A stretch of 64,000 nt of DNA from Candidatus Babeliales bacterium (lineage in GTDB: Bacteria; Babelota; Babeliae; Babelales; JANWKD01), in NCBI GenBank assembly GCA_963762115.1, contig CAVXJH010000003.1, positions 352,001 to 416,000 of the forward strand, read 5' to 3'. Position numbers and translations under genes: made by a program. The notes under the pieces are model-generated. The model saw nothing but the letters and a program-made list of their open reading frames with translations. It did not search any database and was not told the DNA's origin. How positions within the stretch are numbered: the first letter of the stretch is position 1; every line of letters begins with the position of its first letter. Positions 51,676-61,840 of the stretch are shown here, one piece after another.

Positions 51676-53718
51676 CTAAAATTCAAACTCAAACTCTTCA
51701 TGTTCTGGCGTAAAAAATTCTTTTTTAATAAACTGTTTTATATCTTCTTCATTTGCCATGACATTAAACTGTGCCATACCACTCAATTGCAAAAAATCTT
51801 TTTCAGAATAATTAAAGTTAAAAGTTCCACAACTACCTTTTTCCATACAAGCTACAACATCAAATGAAGTAAGATCATACGTATCAATAAGCTTTTTTAA
51901 TTCACTATTCTTTTGAGCCTGCTGCATCAATTGTTCATCTTTTATAAAATTAATATAAATGATTCGTGGCGCATTTTTATTGTTAAGATCTTTATAAAAA
52001 TGAAGCGTTTTATTTTTCCGATCATCAACACGAACATAGTTATATCGATGAAAGCGTTTTGCATCATCAAAAACTTTTGTTAATTCTTTTGCTTCTGCTG
52101 CATTACCAGATGCATCAGCAATAATTATAAGATCAACACGACGAGCAGGACGCAATAAAGAACGAACAGGAAGGTTATAATCTATACCCGCATCAACGAA
52201 GGTGATAAATTCACGATTTTTCAACCAATCAGGAATTGCATATTGAGTAATTCCCCTAAAAGGATTATTAATCTGTGCGGGTGATGCACGCAACGTTCCT
52301 AGCGATGATCCTCCCATTACTCCTACAATTTCAGTTGTAGCAATATACTTCACTTTCTCAAAAGAAGATTGGTTTTTTTCTTCAGCCTGTATTGCAGAAA
52401 AAAATTTGGTATCTATATCTTTTATATTAACGGCATACGCTGATCCAAAAATACCCATTAAAAATCCTAAACTTTGTTCTGGAGCAACTTCTTTTGCAAT
52501 GCCTGCATTAAAAATGCTATTAAATGAATGCGCAGGAATAGAAAGATCAACTTCTAAATTACGCACTTCAACAGGATTAAACTCATACCAATTATATAAA
52601 TATGATGAATCTTCCGCCTTATGCATCGAAATTGCTGCATACAAAGGAAAGGGCTTAGAGCCATCCTGAATCATTGACCATTGATTAGATAAATGCTGTT
52701 TATGTCGATTTTCACCAAAATCAGCCAACAATGTTTTAGCGAGTAAGGCACCATATAAATCAATTGAACCAATAGGCTGATCAAATAAAAACTTAGGCCA
52801 AATAATATCATTCACCAAAGACTTTATATCACTTTTTAAAATCGATTGTACATTTTTAATATCAAACATGTTATTTCTGATTTTTTCTATCAATTTTTCT
52901 TTGAATTCACGAATGCTGCTCCCCATAGAAATCCAAGGAACAAGGCACCAAGTTGACCCTGAAAGTCCTGCAACATAGGTTGCTGCATCTAATAATCCTA
53001 AATATTCCATGCCACTCAAATAGCCGACCGTTGAAATCATCGCTCGATAACCACCGCCACTGGCAACAAAGCCAATCGTCAGAGGTCTTTCTACTTGACC
53101 ATTAAAAAATTTATTAAGTCCGCTTCTTACCAACGGCATTCTTCTTGATCGATAAAGATCCTCATAATATGATAATTTTGCATCATGTTTCACTTGTGCC
53201 TGGGAATTTGCAATAGGATTATTTTCAAGTATTTTCGCTTTAAAACTTGGAATAGCATATTTTTTCCAAATATCATTTAACTTATCCGCAACATTTGCTA
53301 ACGTAAGTTCTTTTTTAATGAGTGACATTCTATTGTCAACTGCCGTTTTCAAACGAACAAAATCTACCGGATCCATGTCTTTTTGCGCTTCTGCCAAAAT
53401 TTTATTTTCTTCTATGGCCAATTGAGCGCCCATTTCTTGCATTTTTTTTACTGCTGCAGCATTAGGGTTTTTAGCAAGCAAGGCAGATTCACTTTTTATT
53501 TTCTTTTGAATCTCTGATAATTTCAGTTTATACGTATTAAACTTCACCGGATCTTTAAAAGGAATTCCATCTACCTGTTGTATCAAACTTTCAAGAGCAA
53601 GGTTCAGCAAAAGATTATTTTCATTTACCCCTTGTGATAGCCAATTCCATGGCGTTGAATTAATGGTGATTACCGCACTAGTCATAATAACAATTGCTAA
53701 CATTAAACCTTTTTTCAT
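51676..53718 (-). CDS. Secreted cPLA2/phospholipase B-like (patatin-fold) phospholipase
   Basis: Signal peptide; ASGGGYRAM, YVAGLSGSTW, WYEFNP, FVDAG..YNLP. Confidence 0.85.
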   Translation of the reverse strand: MKKGLMLAIVIMTSAVITINSTPWNWLSQGVNENNLLLNLALESLIQQVDGIPFKDPVKFNTYKLKLSEIQKKIKSESALLAKNPNAAAVKKMQEMGAQLAIEENKILAEAQKDMDPVDFVRLKTAVDNRMSLIKKELTLANVADKLNDIWKKYAIPSFKAKILENNPIANSQAQVKHDAKLSYYEDLYRSRRMPLVRSGLNKFFNGQVERPLTIGFVASGGGYRAMISTVGYLSGMEYLGLLDAATYVAGLSGSTWCLVPWISMGSSIREFKEKLIEKIRNNMFDIKNVQSILKSDIKSLVNDIIWPKFLFDQPIGSIDLYGALLAKTLLADFGENRHKQHLSNQWSMIQDGSKPFPLYAAISMHKAEDSSYLYNWYEFNPVEVRNLEVDLSIPAHSFNSIFNAGIAKEVAPEQSLGFLMGIFGSAYAVNIKDIDTKFFSAIQAEEKNQSSFEKVKYIATTEIVGVMGGSSLGTLRASPAQINNPFRGITQYAIPDWLKNREFITFVDAGIDYNLPVRSLLRPARRVDLIIIADASGNAAEAKELTKVFDDAKRFHRYNYVRVDDRKNKTLHFYKDLNNKNAPRIIYINFIKDEQLMQQAQKNSELKKLIDTYDLTSFDVVACMEKGSCGTFNFNYSEKDFLQLSGMAQFNVMANEEDIKQFIKKEFFTPEHEEFEFEF

Positions 53719-53856
53719 ATCATACCCTCAAGACTATTTTGAGTAATGTTTTTTATCATAAAATATCTGCCAATAGTACACCGACAGACATCACAACAAT
53801 ACTAGCAACTTGTATTGCAATTAGTCAATAATATGAAAAGGGTCACGAGTAATTCG

Positions 53857-55365
53857 TTATTCTTTTTTCTTTAATGTTGGGAATAAAATAATGTCTTTTA
53901 TTGATGTCGCATTCGTAGTGACCATAGTAAGGCGATCAATACCGATGCCCACACCAACAGTAGGCGGCAAACCATATTCAAGAGCAAGAATATAATCAGC
54001 ATCGTAGTGATGCGCTTCTGAATCACCCGCCTTATGCGCTTTAAGCTGTTCATGAAAGCGCTCTGCTTGATCAAAGGGATCATTAAGCTCATTAAACCCA
54101 TTGGCAAGTTCCATGCCAGCCATAAAAAGCTCAAAACGAGCTGCAACCTGAGGATTATTTGTATCACGCTTTGAAAGAGGAGAAATTTCAATTGGATAGC
54201 CTATAATGAAAGTAGGCTGAATAAGTTTTGATTCAACAAGTTCTTCAAAAAGAGCAAACATTTGCTGCCCAACAGAAGCTTGTTTATTTTCCAATACAAT
54301 GCCATGTTTTTGCAAAAGGACCGGTACATTTTGATCGGTTAAATCATGTTCTGTGTATCCACAAAATTCCATAACTGCTTCTTTTATGGTTAATTTTTTA
54401 AATGGTTGTGCAAAATCAATTACCTGTTCGCCAAAGGGAACCTGCAACGATCCGATACTTGCCAAAACTATCTTTTTTAACATTGATTCCACAAAATCCA
54501 TGATAAAAATATAATCGTGATACGCCGTATAAAATTCTAACATAGTGAATTCAGGATTGTGACGTGTTGAAATGCCTTCATTTCTAAAGTTGCGATTAAT
54601 TTCATACACACGCTCTATACCGCCAATAACCAATCGTTTCAGATATAATTCTGGTGCAATACGCATATAAAGATCTTGGTTGAGCGCATTATGATGAGTA
54701 ACAAAAGGACGAGCCGCTGCCCCACCAGGAATTGGATGTAACATGGGTGTTTCAACTTCCATATACCCATGTTCATTAAGATATTCGCGCATTGATTGCA
54801 CAATTTTACTACGCTTAATAAATTTAGCCCGACTTTCTTCATTGGTAATTAAATCTAAATACCGTTGCCTATATTTTGTCTCAATATCAGTTAACCCATG
54901 AAATTTCTCTGGCAATGGATAAAGACATTTACTCAACAATTCAAAATCATCAACATGCAATGAAATTTCACCCATTTTAGTTTTGAATGAATATCCTTTA
55001 AACCAAACAATGTCGCCAAGATCAATAAACTGTTCAAGAAATTTAAATTTTTCTTCTCCAACAATATCCTTGCGAATATACACTTGCAAACGCCCGCTAC
55101 TATCTTGAATATGCGCAAAAGCAGTTTTGCCATGTGCACGAATAGTCATCATGCGCCCTGCAACGGTATAGTTTTTTTGCTGTGATTCATCAAATTCTGC
55201 GATAACATCCGCACAACAATCGGTAACCTCTTTTGGCTCAGGCCAAGGATTGATATCCTGTTGCATCATAGCTATTACTTTTTCAATGCGAATCTTATGT
55301 TCTTGTGAATCATGGGCATCATCAACTAAAGCAAGCAATTCTTGTAGGGTAGGATTTTTTTTCAT
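53857..55365 (-). CDS. lysS: Lysyl-tRNA synthetase class II
   Basis: RQRYLDL, GGAAARPF, LYMRIAPELYLKRL, HNPEFTMLE, GIGIDRL. Confidence 0.98.
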   Translation of the reverse strand: MKKNPTLQELLALVDDAHDSQEHKIRIEKVIAMMQQDINPWPEPKEVTDCCADVIAEFDESQQKNYTVAGRMMTIRAHGKTAFAHIQDSSGRLQVYIRKDIVGEEKFKFLEQFIDLGDIVWFKGYSFKTKMGEISLHVDDFELLSKCLYPLPEKFHGLTDIETKYRQRYLDLITNEESRAKFIKRSKIVQSMREYLNEHGYMEVETPMLHPIPGGAAARPFVTHHNALNQDLYMRIAPELYLKRLVIGGIERVYEINRNFRNEGISTRHNPEFTMLEFYTAYHDYIFIMDFVESMLKKIVLASIGSLQVPFGEQVIDFAQPFKKLTIKEAVMEFCGYTEHDLTDQNVPVLLQKHGIVLENKQASVGQQMFALFEELVESKLIQPTFIIGYPIEISPLSKRDTNNPQVAARFELFMAGMELANGFNELNDPFDQAERFHEQLKAHKAGDSEAHHYDADYILALEYGLPPTVGVGIGIDRLTMVTTNATSIKDIILFPTLKKKE

Positions 55366-55536
55366 GGCATAACTTTTTTATATTTTAAGATCAAAATTAA
55401 CGTTTTAAGTATCTCTTTTTTATCTAATTTTGACAAGAATGCTCTTTTCATAGTTTAACAATAAACACTTTACAAAATTTTATTGCATACGTTACTTTGT
55501 AAGTATCTATTTTTATATCACTTTATTTTTTTGTAA

Positions 55537-56382
55537 ATGAACCATATGACAAAAATTCATTATCTTTTTTTATTTTTTTTATTTATCACTCAACAATGCT
55601 GCTTAAGCGAAATTATTAATAAACCAGATAATCACGTAAAATTCACCCCAAAAAATACTGTCTTTATGTTTGATGTAGACGGCGTTTTAGTTGAACGAGG
55701 TTTCTGGCAAAATTGGCATGATTATTGGAACATCTTGCAAGAATGCAACACCTTCGATCTCATAAAATTTTTTAGTTGGCACCTCTTACACCTGCCAACA
55801 TTACTTACCGTTGTTAATCAAGAAGATATTGAAAAATATCTTGATCAACAAGCAAAAGACTGGCCGTTTCTTCTGAAAAAAACACCAACAGGCACCATTC
55901 TTGAGCGCATAAAAGCAACAATAAGTAAAGGAAAGCCAAAACAAGAAATAATTAATATTCTTCTTGATTTGCACAGCCAAGGATTTCCGATTACTATCGC
56001 CACTAATCAAACGCGAAGCACTTTTGATCGCCTTGTTAAGAGCGATGTTGTACCAGATTTTTCAACGTATACCATGATTTTCACGGCAGATCATTGTCCC
56101 TGTGTGCCCTATATAAAAAAGCCACAAAAAGAATATTATCAATGCTTTAAAAATAAGCTGTCGCAACAAGAATTAGAACCTGAGCATTATATTTTTATCG
56201 ATGATACCTATGCAAATGTGGTTGCAGCAGCAAAAGAGGGAATTTTGAGTATTTATTTTGATACTAGATTACACCATGCTGCTCAACAGCTTATGTGTGA
56301 TTTAGCAACATTGGGAATTAATGTTACTGAAAATAATGTAAAAGAAAAAGGCAGAGAAAAAATCTCCGCCTTTGTTAATTAA
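55537..56382 (+). CDS. HAD-superfamily hydrolase with signal peptide
   Basis: FDVDGVL, ATN, KP, FIDD..ANV.AA...G. Confidence 0.82.
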   Translation: MNHMTKIHYLFLFFLFITQQCCLSEIINKPDNHVKFTPKNTVFMFDVDGVLVERGFWQNWHDYWNILQECNTFDLIKFFSWHLLHLPTLLTVVNQEDIEKYLDQQAKDWPFLLKKTPTGTILERIKATISKGKPKQEIINILLDLHSQGFPITIATNQTRSTFDRLVKSDVVPDFSTYTMIFTADHCPCVPYIKKPQKEYYQCFKNKLSQQELEPEHYIFIDDTYANVVAAAKEGILSIYFDTRLHHAAQQLMCDLATLGINVTENNVKEKGREKISAFVN

Positions 56383-56394
56383 AGCTTTAAGCTA

Positions 56395-57120
56395 TTATGC
56401 TTTTAAACAAAAATTGCTCTGCGGCTCATAGTCTTCAAACATCTCTTGTATTCTTTTTGCATTTTTACATAAAGTACCGTGGCGTTTTCTTGCTCTTGCT
56501 TTTACTTTTTCACTTGCTGTTTCATATTCATAAATAGCAAGATAACCCGTTTGATCACAATGACAAAGCTGAACAGCACAAAGTGCATTTTCTTGAGCTA
56601 AACTAAATCGTTCGCCCTCTTCAATAACAAAAGGATTTCCACCTCTTTTGAGCATTGCCTCTAAAAGTGCCAATTTACCTTCTTGACCATCAATACGAGC
56701 CGCATGAGTAGCCAATCGCAACAAAGAAATGCGCGGACTATCAGCACCAGCAAAATCTCTTATTTTTGTCATAGGAGTAACATTGTACGTATAAAAAAAA
56801 TTATCTACTTCTTGAGAAACTTTATCAGCGTCATGAATTAGTTCAATAAAAGTTAATATGCCAAAAAATTCATCTCTAATCCGGTCCTCTTGAACTTGTT
56901 GATCAATTTCTGGTATTTCTGATTCAATGTTTTCTTGCAATGCCGGCGTGATATTTTCTTCTTGATTCTCTGAATTAATTTCATCCTGAATCTGTACCTC
57001 TTGCTGTTGAATAGCCACTTTTTGGTCACTATTTTCTTCCTGAAGAGATAACAATACAAAACTATAATTCATCGCAACAAAAATAAAAAAAACAATTACC
57101 CGTATTTTTTTTAAATTCAT
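56395..57120 (-). CDS. Exported hypothetical protein, acidic N-terminus, possible degenerate ankyrin-like segment
   Basis: Hydrophobic N-terminus, Q/E-rich stretch, LLEAMLKRGGNP. Confidence 0.6.
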   Translation of the reverse strand: MNLKKIRVIVFFIFVAMNYSFVLLSLQEENSDQKVAIQQQEVQIQDEINSENQEENITPALQENIESEIPEIDQQVQEDRIRDEFFGILTFIELIHDADKVSQEVDNFFYTYNVTPMTKIRDFAGADSPRISLLRLATHAARIDGQEGKLALLEAMLKRGGNPFVIEEGERFSLAQENALCAVQLCHCDQTGYLAIYEYETASEKVKARARKRHGTLCKNAKRIQEMFEDYEPQSNFCLKA

Positions 57121-57144
57121 GAGTACTAAAACCCTTTTTTATAT

Positions 57145-57753
57145 TTATAGTATTGTACGATAATTTTCTTCAACTTGATCCCAATTGACCACATGCCACC
57201 ATGCACCAATATAGTCAACACGACGATTTTGATAATGCAAATAATACGCATGTTCCCAAACATCAAGTCCTAAAATGGGCGTTAACCCATTTGAAAAGGG
57301 CGTATCTTGATTTGCCGTAGAAGTAACAAGCAAATCACCTTTGTTATCAATACAAAGCCACGCCCAACCACTACCAAAACGCGTTTTAGCAGCAGCATTA
57401 AATTCTTCTTTAAATGGCTCAAAAGAACCAAATTTTTTATGAATTGCTTCTGCAACTTTGCCTTTTGGCTCACCACCACCATTTTTTTTCATCATTTTCC
57501 AAAACATGGCGTGATTCAATTCACCGCCACCATTATTACGAATGGCAGTATAGGCACCTTCAGGTAATGCATTGAGATTACTCAAAAGTTCAACTAATGG
57601 TTTATCTTTTAATTCCGGATAATCTACTAAAATTTTATTAAGGCCATCAATATATGCTTGTTGATGTTTGTCATGATGAATTTCCATAGTGCGCGTATCA
57701 AGGTATGGTTCCAAAGCATCATAAGAATAGGGTAAGGCAGATAGTTTATACAT
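57145..57753 (-). CDS. sodA: Mn/Fe superoxide dismutase
   Basis: LPYSYDALEP, HHDKH, NNGGG..NH, FGSGWAWL, DVWEHAYY. Confidence 0.95.
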   Translation of the reverse strand: MYKLSALPYSYDALEPYLDTRTMEIHHDKHQQAYIDGLNKILVDYPELKDKPLVELLSNLNALPEGAYTAIRNNGGGELNHAMFWKMMKKNGGGEPKGKVAEAIHKKFGSFEPFKEEFNAAAKTRFGSGWAWLCIDNKGDLLVTSTANQDTPFSNGLTPILGLDVWEHAYYLHYQNRRVDYIGAWWHVVNWDQVEENYRTIL

Positions 57754-57768
57754 AGATTATATCTTTCA

Positions 57769-58053
57769 TTATGAATTATAATAAATCACTTCATCTTTAC
57801 GAGCCATATGCAATTTTTCTCGTGCATATTGCTCACAATAAAAAGTAGGATGAGTATGCCACATTTTTTGTTCGTCTTGCAAATTTTCAATTTCTTTTTC
57901 AAGAATTGCAATTTCTTGCTGCAAACAACCATTTTCTCGAGATATTTTTAAATAAGAACAAAAACCATGGGAACCAAAAAGATATAAACTGCTCACCACA
58001 ACAATTTCACTCATAAAAAACAAACGCAATATTTTTTGCTTCGTATTCATCAT
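57769..58053 (-). CDS. Septum formation initiator FtsB/DivIC family
   Basis: SD gaggag before ATG at 58053; TM, FG..G, coiled coil, EQYAREKL.M...DE.IY. Confidence 0.8.
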   Translation of the reverse strand: MMNTKQKILRLFFMSEIVVVSSLYLFGSHGFCSYLKISRENGCLQQEIAILEKEIENLQDEQKMWHTHPTFYCEQYAREKLHMARKDEVIYYNS

Positions 58054-58069
58054 AACACTCCTCTTTTTT

Positions 58070-58996
58070 TTATGGTTCAGAATAAGTATGTTGCATACTG
58101 TCCCTATGCCGGACAACATATTGCACATTCTCCAATGGTATTTTTGATAACGCTTCAACAAATGCCACCGAACGATGTCGTCCTCCCGTACATCCAATGG
58201 CAATATTCATAAAAAAACGACCTTCTTCCGATGCTTTTTTTATGGAAAAATGCACAAAATCAACAAGTTTGGGCCAATATTCTTGCACATCAGTTTGTGC
58301 AAATAAAAAATCATGCACCTCTTGAGTTGTACCATCAAGCGGACGTAATGAAGCAATAAAATAGGGATTGGGCAAAAAACGGATGTCATACACTGAATTG
58401 CTCTCATGTGGCACGCCGTATTTAAAACCAAATGAAATCAGATTAACAATAAGTTGTGGTTGTGTTGAAGCCGCAAACGAGTTGCGAACAAAACGACGTA
58501 ATTGATGGATAGTGAGCTGATCAGTTGCTAAAACTAAATCCGATAAATCCATGAGTGGTTTAAGCAAATGTTGCTCATAAGCAATTGCTTCCGAAAGACT
58601 GCGTGTATGACCAAGCGGATGATTTCTACGTGTTTCCTGAAAACGTTTAATCAAAACTTCAGGATTTGACGTTAAAAAAAATATTTTCATAGGATAATTA
58701 CGTAATGCATTTCCCTTATTAAGTTCATCAATCAAATCTTGCATGTTTTGCCCACTTCTTACATCAATCCCCAAAGCAACTTTTTGTCCAATCATTGTTG
58801 ACTGAGAAGCTAATTGAAAAAATGAATTAAGAAGAGGAATTGGCAAATTATCAACACAAAAAAAACCAATATCTTCCAAAGCGCGCAGCACGGTACTTTT
58901 ACCAGCACCAGAATAGCCGGTCACCATGAGCAATTGCGGTTGATTATCAGGTGTTATAGGAATTCCAGGTATTTCTTTTTGGTGTTCTATCATCAT
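58070..58996 (-). CDS. rapZ: RNase adapter RapZ/YvcJ family P-loop protein
   Basis: TGYSGAGKS, FCVDNLP, ETRRNHPL, SFGFKYG, DIRFLPNP, GCTGGRHRSV. Confidence 0.95.
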   Translation of the reverse strand: MMIEHQKEIPGIPITPDNQPQLLMVTGYSGAGKSTVLRALEDIGFFCVDNLPIPLLNSFFQLASQSTMIGQKVALGIDVRSGQNMQDLIDELNKGNALRNYPMKIFFLTSNPEVLIKRFQETRRNHPLGHTRSLSEAIAYEQHLLKPLMDLSDLVLATDQLTIHQLRRFVRNSFAASTQPQLIVNLISFGFKYGVPHESNSVYDIRFLPNPYFIASLRPLDGTTQEVHDFLFAQTDVQEYWPKLVDFVHFSIKKASEEGRFFMNIAIGCTGGRHRSVAFVEALSKIPLENVQYVVRHRDSMQHTYSEP

Positions 58997-59165
58997 TGTC
59001 TTCTTAAAATCAAAAAACTTTTATCAAGTATATATCATTTTTCGCATACTCACTGCAACTATTACTATTGCGTAATTTTATATTTATGAGTATGTATGAT
59101 TATTATAACCTCGAATAAAAAGAGTGACTATCTAAAAGTCAATCGTGATAAAAAAAGGAAGACTC

Positions 59166-60653
59166 ATGAATTATCAACCACTTTTTCAACACATGCTTAT
59201 GGCGAGCATGTTCTTATTTTGCACCACGATTAAACTCTCTGGCGCATCAGAAAAAATTCCTGATTTTGAATCGGAAGTATATAAATGGTCAAAAACTTAC
59301 GCAGAATCATTACATCTAATTCAACATAAATACTTTGAAAAAATAAACCCTGAACAGGGAATTATCAACGGTTTAGATGCACTTTTTCAAACATTAGACC
59401 CCCATTCAAAATTTATGGATAAAAAATTATTCAAAGAAATTTTAGAATCAACACAAGGAGAATTTTGTGGTATTGGCGTTGTTATTGACAACACCAAAAA
59501 AGATAAAGATGAAGCCTTAACCATCGTTGATACCATTCCTGCCGGACCTGCCGATAAAGCTGGATTACGTGCTGGGGATAAAATTGTTCAGATCAATGAT
59601 GAAGCGGTCAAAGATATGGCTGTTGAAGAAATTGTTGCAAAACTCAAAGGAAAACGAAACACCACCGTAACCATAAAAGCACAACGTGCTGGCAATCGAG
59701 AATTATTATCATTCACTATAACACGCGATATTGTCAAAGAACAAAACGCTCTTTGCTACCACTTTAAAGAACATGGCATGTATTATTTAGCACTTAATAT
59801 GTTCACGGAAAAATCAGCAAAACAACTTGAAAGCCTTTTAAAACAATGTCTTTCAAATAAATCAAAAGGACTCATTCTTGATTTGCGTAATAATTCAGGC
59901 GGCCTTTTGAATTCTGTTGTTGATATCTCCGGACTTTTTTTAGAAAAGAATTCAGTTGTTGTGGTGACAAAGGATCGAGATAAAAACATCATCGACACTT
60001 TTAGCACCACACGCCAACAACCAATCAACATCGGTGAAATGCCCATCTTCATTTTGACCAATAATTTTACCGCTTCGGCAGCAGAAATTCTTGCTGGGGT
60101 TTTGCAATCATATTCCAATGATTTTGCCAAAAAAGCTCATGGAAAAAATCAACAACTGCTTGTTTTTTTAGTTGGCAGCACGACGTTTGGTAAAGGATCA
60201 GTGCAAGAAGTCATCCCCGTAAGCAATGATTGCGCCATAAAGTTAACAACTGCCCTCTATTATCTTCCCCATGATATTTCTATTCAAGGAATTGGCATAA
60301 AACCTGACTTTGAAATTGAACAACGTTTTGCACCAACCCCTGACATGGAATGGTTCACTACTTTTTTTGGTTATGAACACAGTTTAAAAAATTCAATCAA
60401 ACATGAAAAAAACCAAGAACCAAAGAAAAAAATTAATGAAAAAGATAAAAAAGAAAAAACATGGCAAGAAAAAAAACAAGAACAAATTGGCTCTGATTAT
60501 ATTATTTTAAGCACCATGCGTTTAATTGAAATGTTAACTATGGCAAAAAAAGCATACCCTGAAAAAGTAAGAACGCGCCCTGAATGCATAAAATTTCTTA
60601 ATAACACATATAGCGCGCATGATAAAATACTCATGGAAGAAATCAAATGTTGA
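59166..60653 (+). CDS. C-terminal processing peptidase S41 with PDZ domain
   Basis: LDPHS, GIG, PADKAGL, DLRNNSGG, TASAAEI, TFGKGSVQ, GIKPD. Confidence 0.93.
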   Translation: MNYQPLFQHMLMASMFLFCTTIKLSGASEKIPDFESEVYKWSKTYAESLHLIQHKYFEKINPEQGIINGLDALFQTLDPHSKFMDKKLFKEILESTQGEFCGIGVVIDNTKKDKDEALTIVDTIPAGPADKAGLRAGDKIVQINDEAVKDMAVEEIVAKLKGKRNTTVTIKAQRAGNRELLSFTITRDIVKEQNALCYHFKEHGMYYLALNMFTEKSAKQLESLLKQCLSNKSKGLILDLRNNSGGLLNSVVDISGLFLEKNSVVVVTKDRDKNIIDTFSTTRQQPINIGEMPIFILTNNFTASAAEILAGVLQSYSNDFAKKAHGKNQQLLVFLVGSTTFGKGSVQEVIPVSNDCAIKLTTALYYLPHDISIQGIGIKPDFEIEQRFAPTPDMEWFTTFFGYEHSLKNSIKHEKNQEPKKKINEKDKKEKTWQEKKQEQIGSDYIILSTMRLIEMLTMAKKAYPEKVRTRPECIKFLNNTYSAHDKILMEEIKC

Positions 60654-60712
60654 TTATTGTGTTTTAAAATTATTTTTTTGTATGCTTTATACTACGTGAT
60701 ACTTAAAAAAAA

Positions 60713-61561
60713 ATGAGGCCCGCAATGTTCATCTATTACTTTATATTTTTTACCTGTATTTCTTCCCCAGGATTTATTTTTTGCAGTGAAAGAGTCTCAG
60801 AAAAAAGCGAGCCGAAAGAACGAACATCGCTCATCGATGAAAAAATAGAAAAAGCAAAAAAAAGATCTTTTGAAGAAGAGCTCAAAATTAAAAAAGCCAA
60901 TGAAGATATCATTGAATATAAAAGAGAAATAAGAATTTCTCCCTCAAATGAAACCGTCACAATGTATAAAGAAAAAATTATTTTGACTGAACAAATAAAA
61001 AAAGACGCAGAAAGTGCAAAAAAATTAGAAGACAGCACAATAAAAAAGCTCAGTGACGATAAAGAAAAGCTTACTAAACTGCAAAACGAATTAGTAAATG
61101 AGGCAACCTCAACGCAATCAAAAAGTGAATCAACGGCAGCTGAAAATTTCCAACAATGCATAAAACAAAAAATTTATGAACTTTTTCATATACCCCCAAC
61201 AAAAGCACCTAAAACAACAGAGCAAATAGTTGAAGATTTTTCAAAATCACTAAAAAAATTGATCTCTTATGAACGCATATATTTTACCAGCACGGTAAAA
61301 ACAACACCCGAGGATTGGGAAACGGTACGAAATAACGCCTTAGAGGTAAAACCGGGGGAAAAAAACGTTAATACCACCTATCAAGAGCTCATAAAAAATG
61401 CCCTAAACCACCAGGCTGCCCTTGAAAAAATCACCGGCAAAAAAACTGGCCCTGAACCTCGCAATATGGGGGTCAACTGCTCTTTACCTTTTTTTGCTTC
61501 ACAATTTGCTGCTCAAAAGGCTCTTGAGCAGTTAGATGAAGCATCTAATTATGATGGGTAA
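60713..61561 (+). CDS. Exported coiled-coil hypothetical protein
   Basis: Hydrophobic N-terminus, E/K-rich helical region. Confidence 0.65.
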   Translation: MRPAMFIYYFIFFTCISSPGFIFCSERVSEKSEPKERTSLIDEKIEKAKKRSFEEELKIKKANEDIIEYKREIRISPSNETVTMYKEKIILTEQIKKDAESAKKLEDSTIKKLSDDKEKLTKLQNELVNEATSTQSKSESTAAENFQQCIKQKIYELFHIPPTKAPKTTEQIVEDFSKSLKKLISYERIYFTSTVKTTPEDWETVRNNALEVKPGEKNVNTTYQELIKNALNHQAALEKITGKKTGPEPRNMGVNCSLPFFASQFAAQKALEQLDEASNYDG

Positions 61562-61705
61562 CAACTCATAAAATTATATATTAGCAATTCAATAAAAATA
61601 GTGCCTTTTGACGGCAAAATTGAAAATGGCTATACTAATACGTATAGTCATAAAAAATTATCTTTAAAAAAGCCTTAATGCTATGCCTATCGAAAGTGTC
61701 TGTGT

Positions 61706-61840
61706 ATGTGTAAAAAAAATAAATATCGTATTATCGTTTCAATTGGATCAACATTAGTATTTTTATTCATTTTTATTCTTGCCAGCACCAATCCGCCCCA
61801 TACCCCAAAATCACCAATTAAGATTCATGAATCTCAGTAA
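61706..61840 (+). CDS. Possible 44-aa single-TM small protein
   Basis: MCKKNKYRIIVSIGSTLVFLFIFILASTNPPHTPKSPIKIHESQ; below the ORF-track cutoff, no clear SD. Confidence 0.4.
   Translation: MCKKNKYRIIVSIGSTLVFLFIFILASTNPPHTPKSPIKIHESQ

Noticed and set aside
58054..58203. N-terminal extension of the FtsB-like ORF in the track
   Set aside because: Overlaps rapZ; a good SD supports the start at 58053
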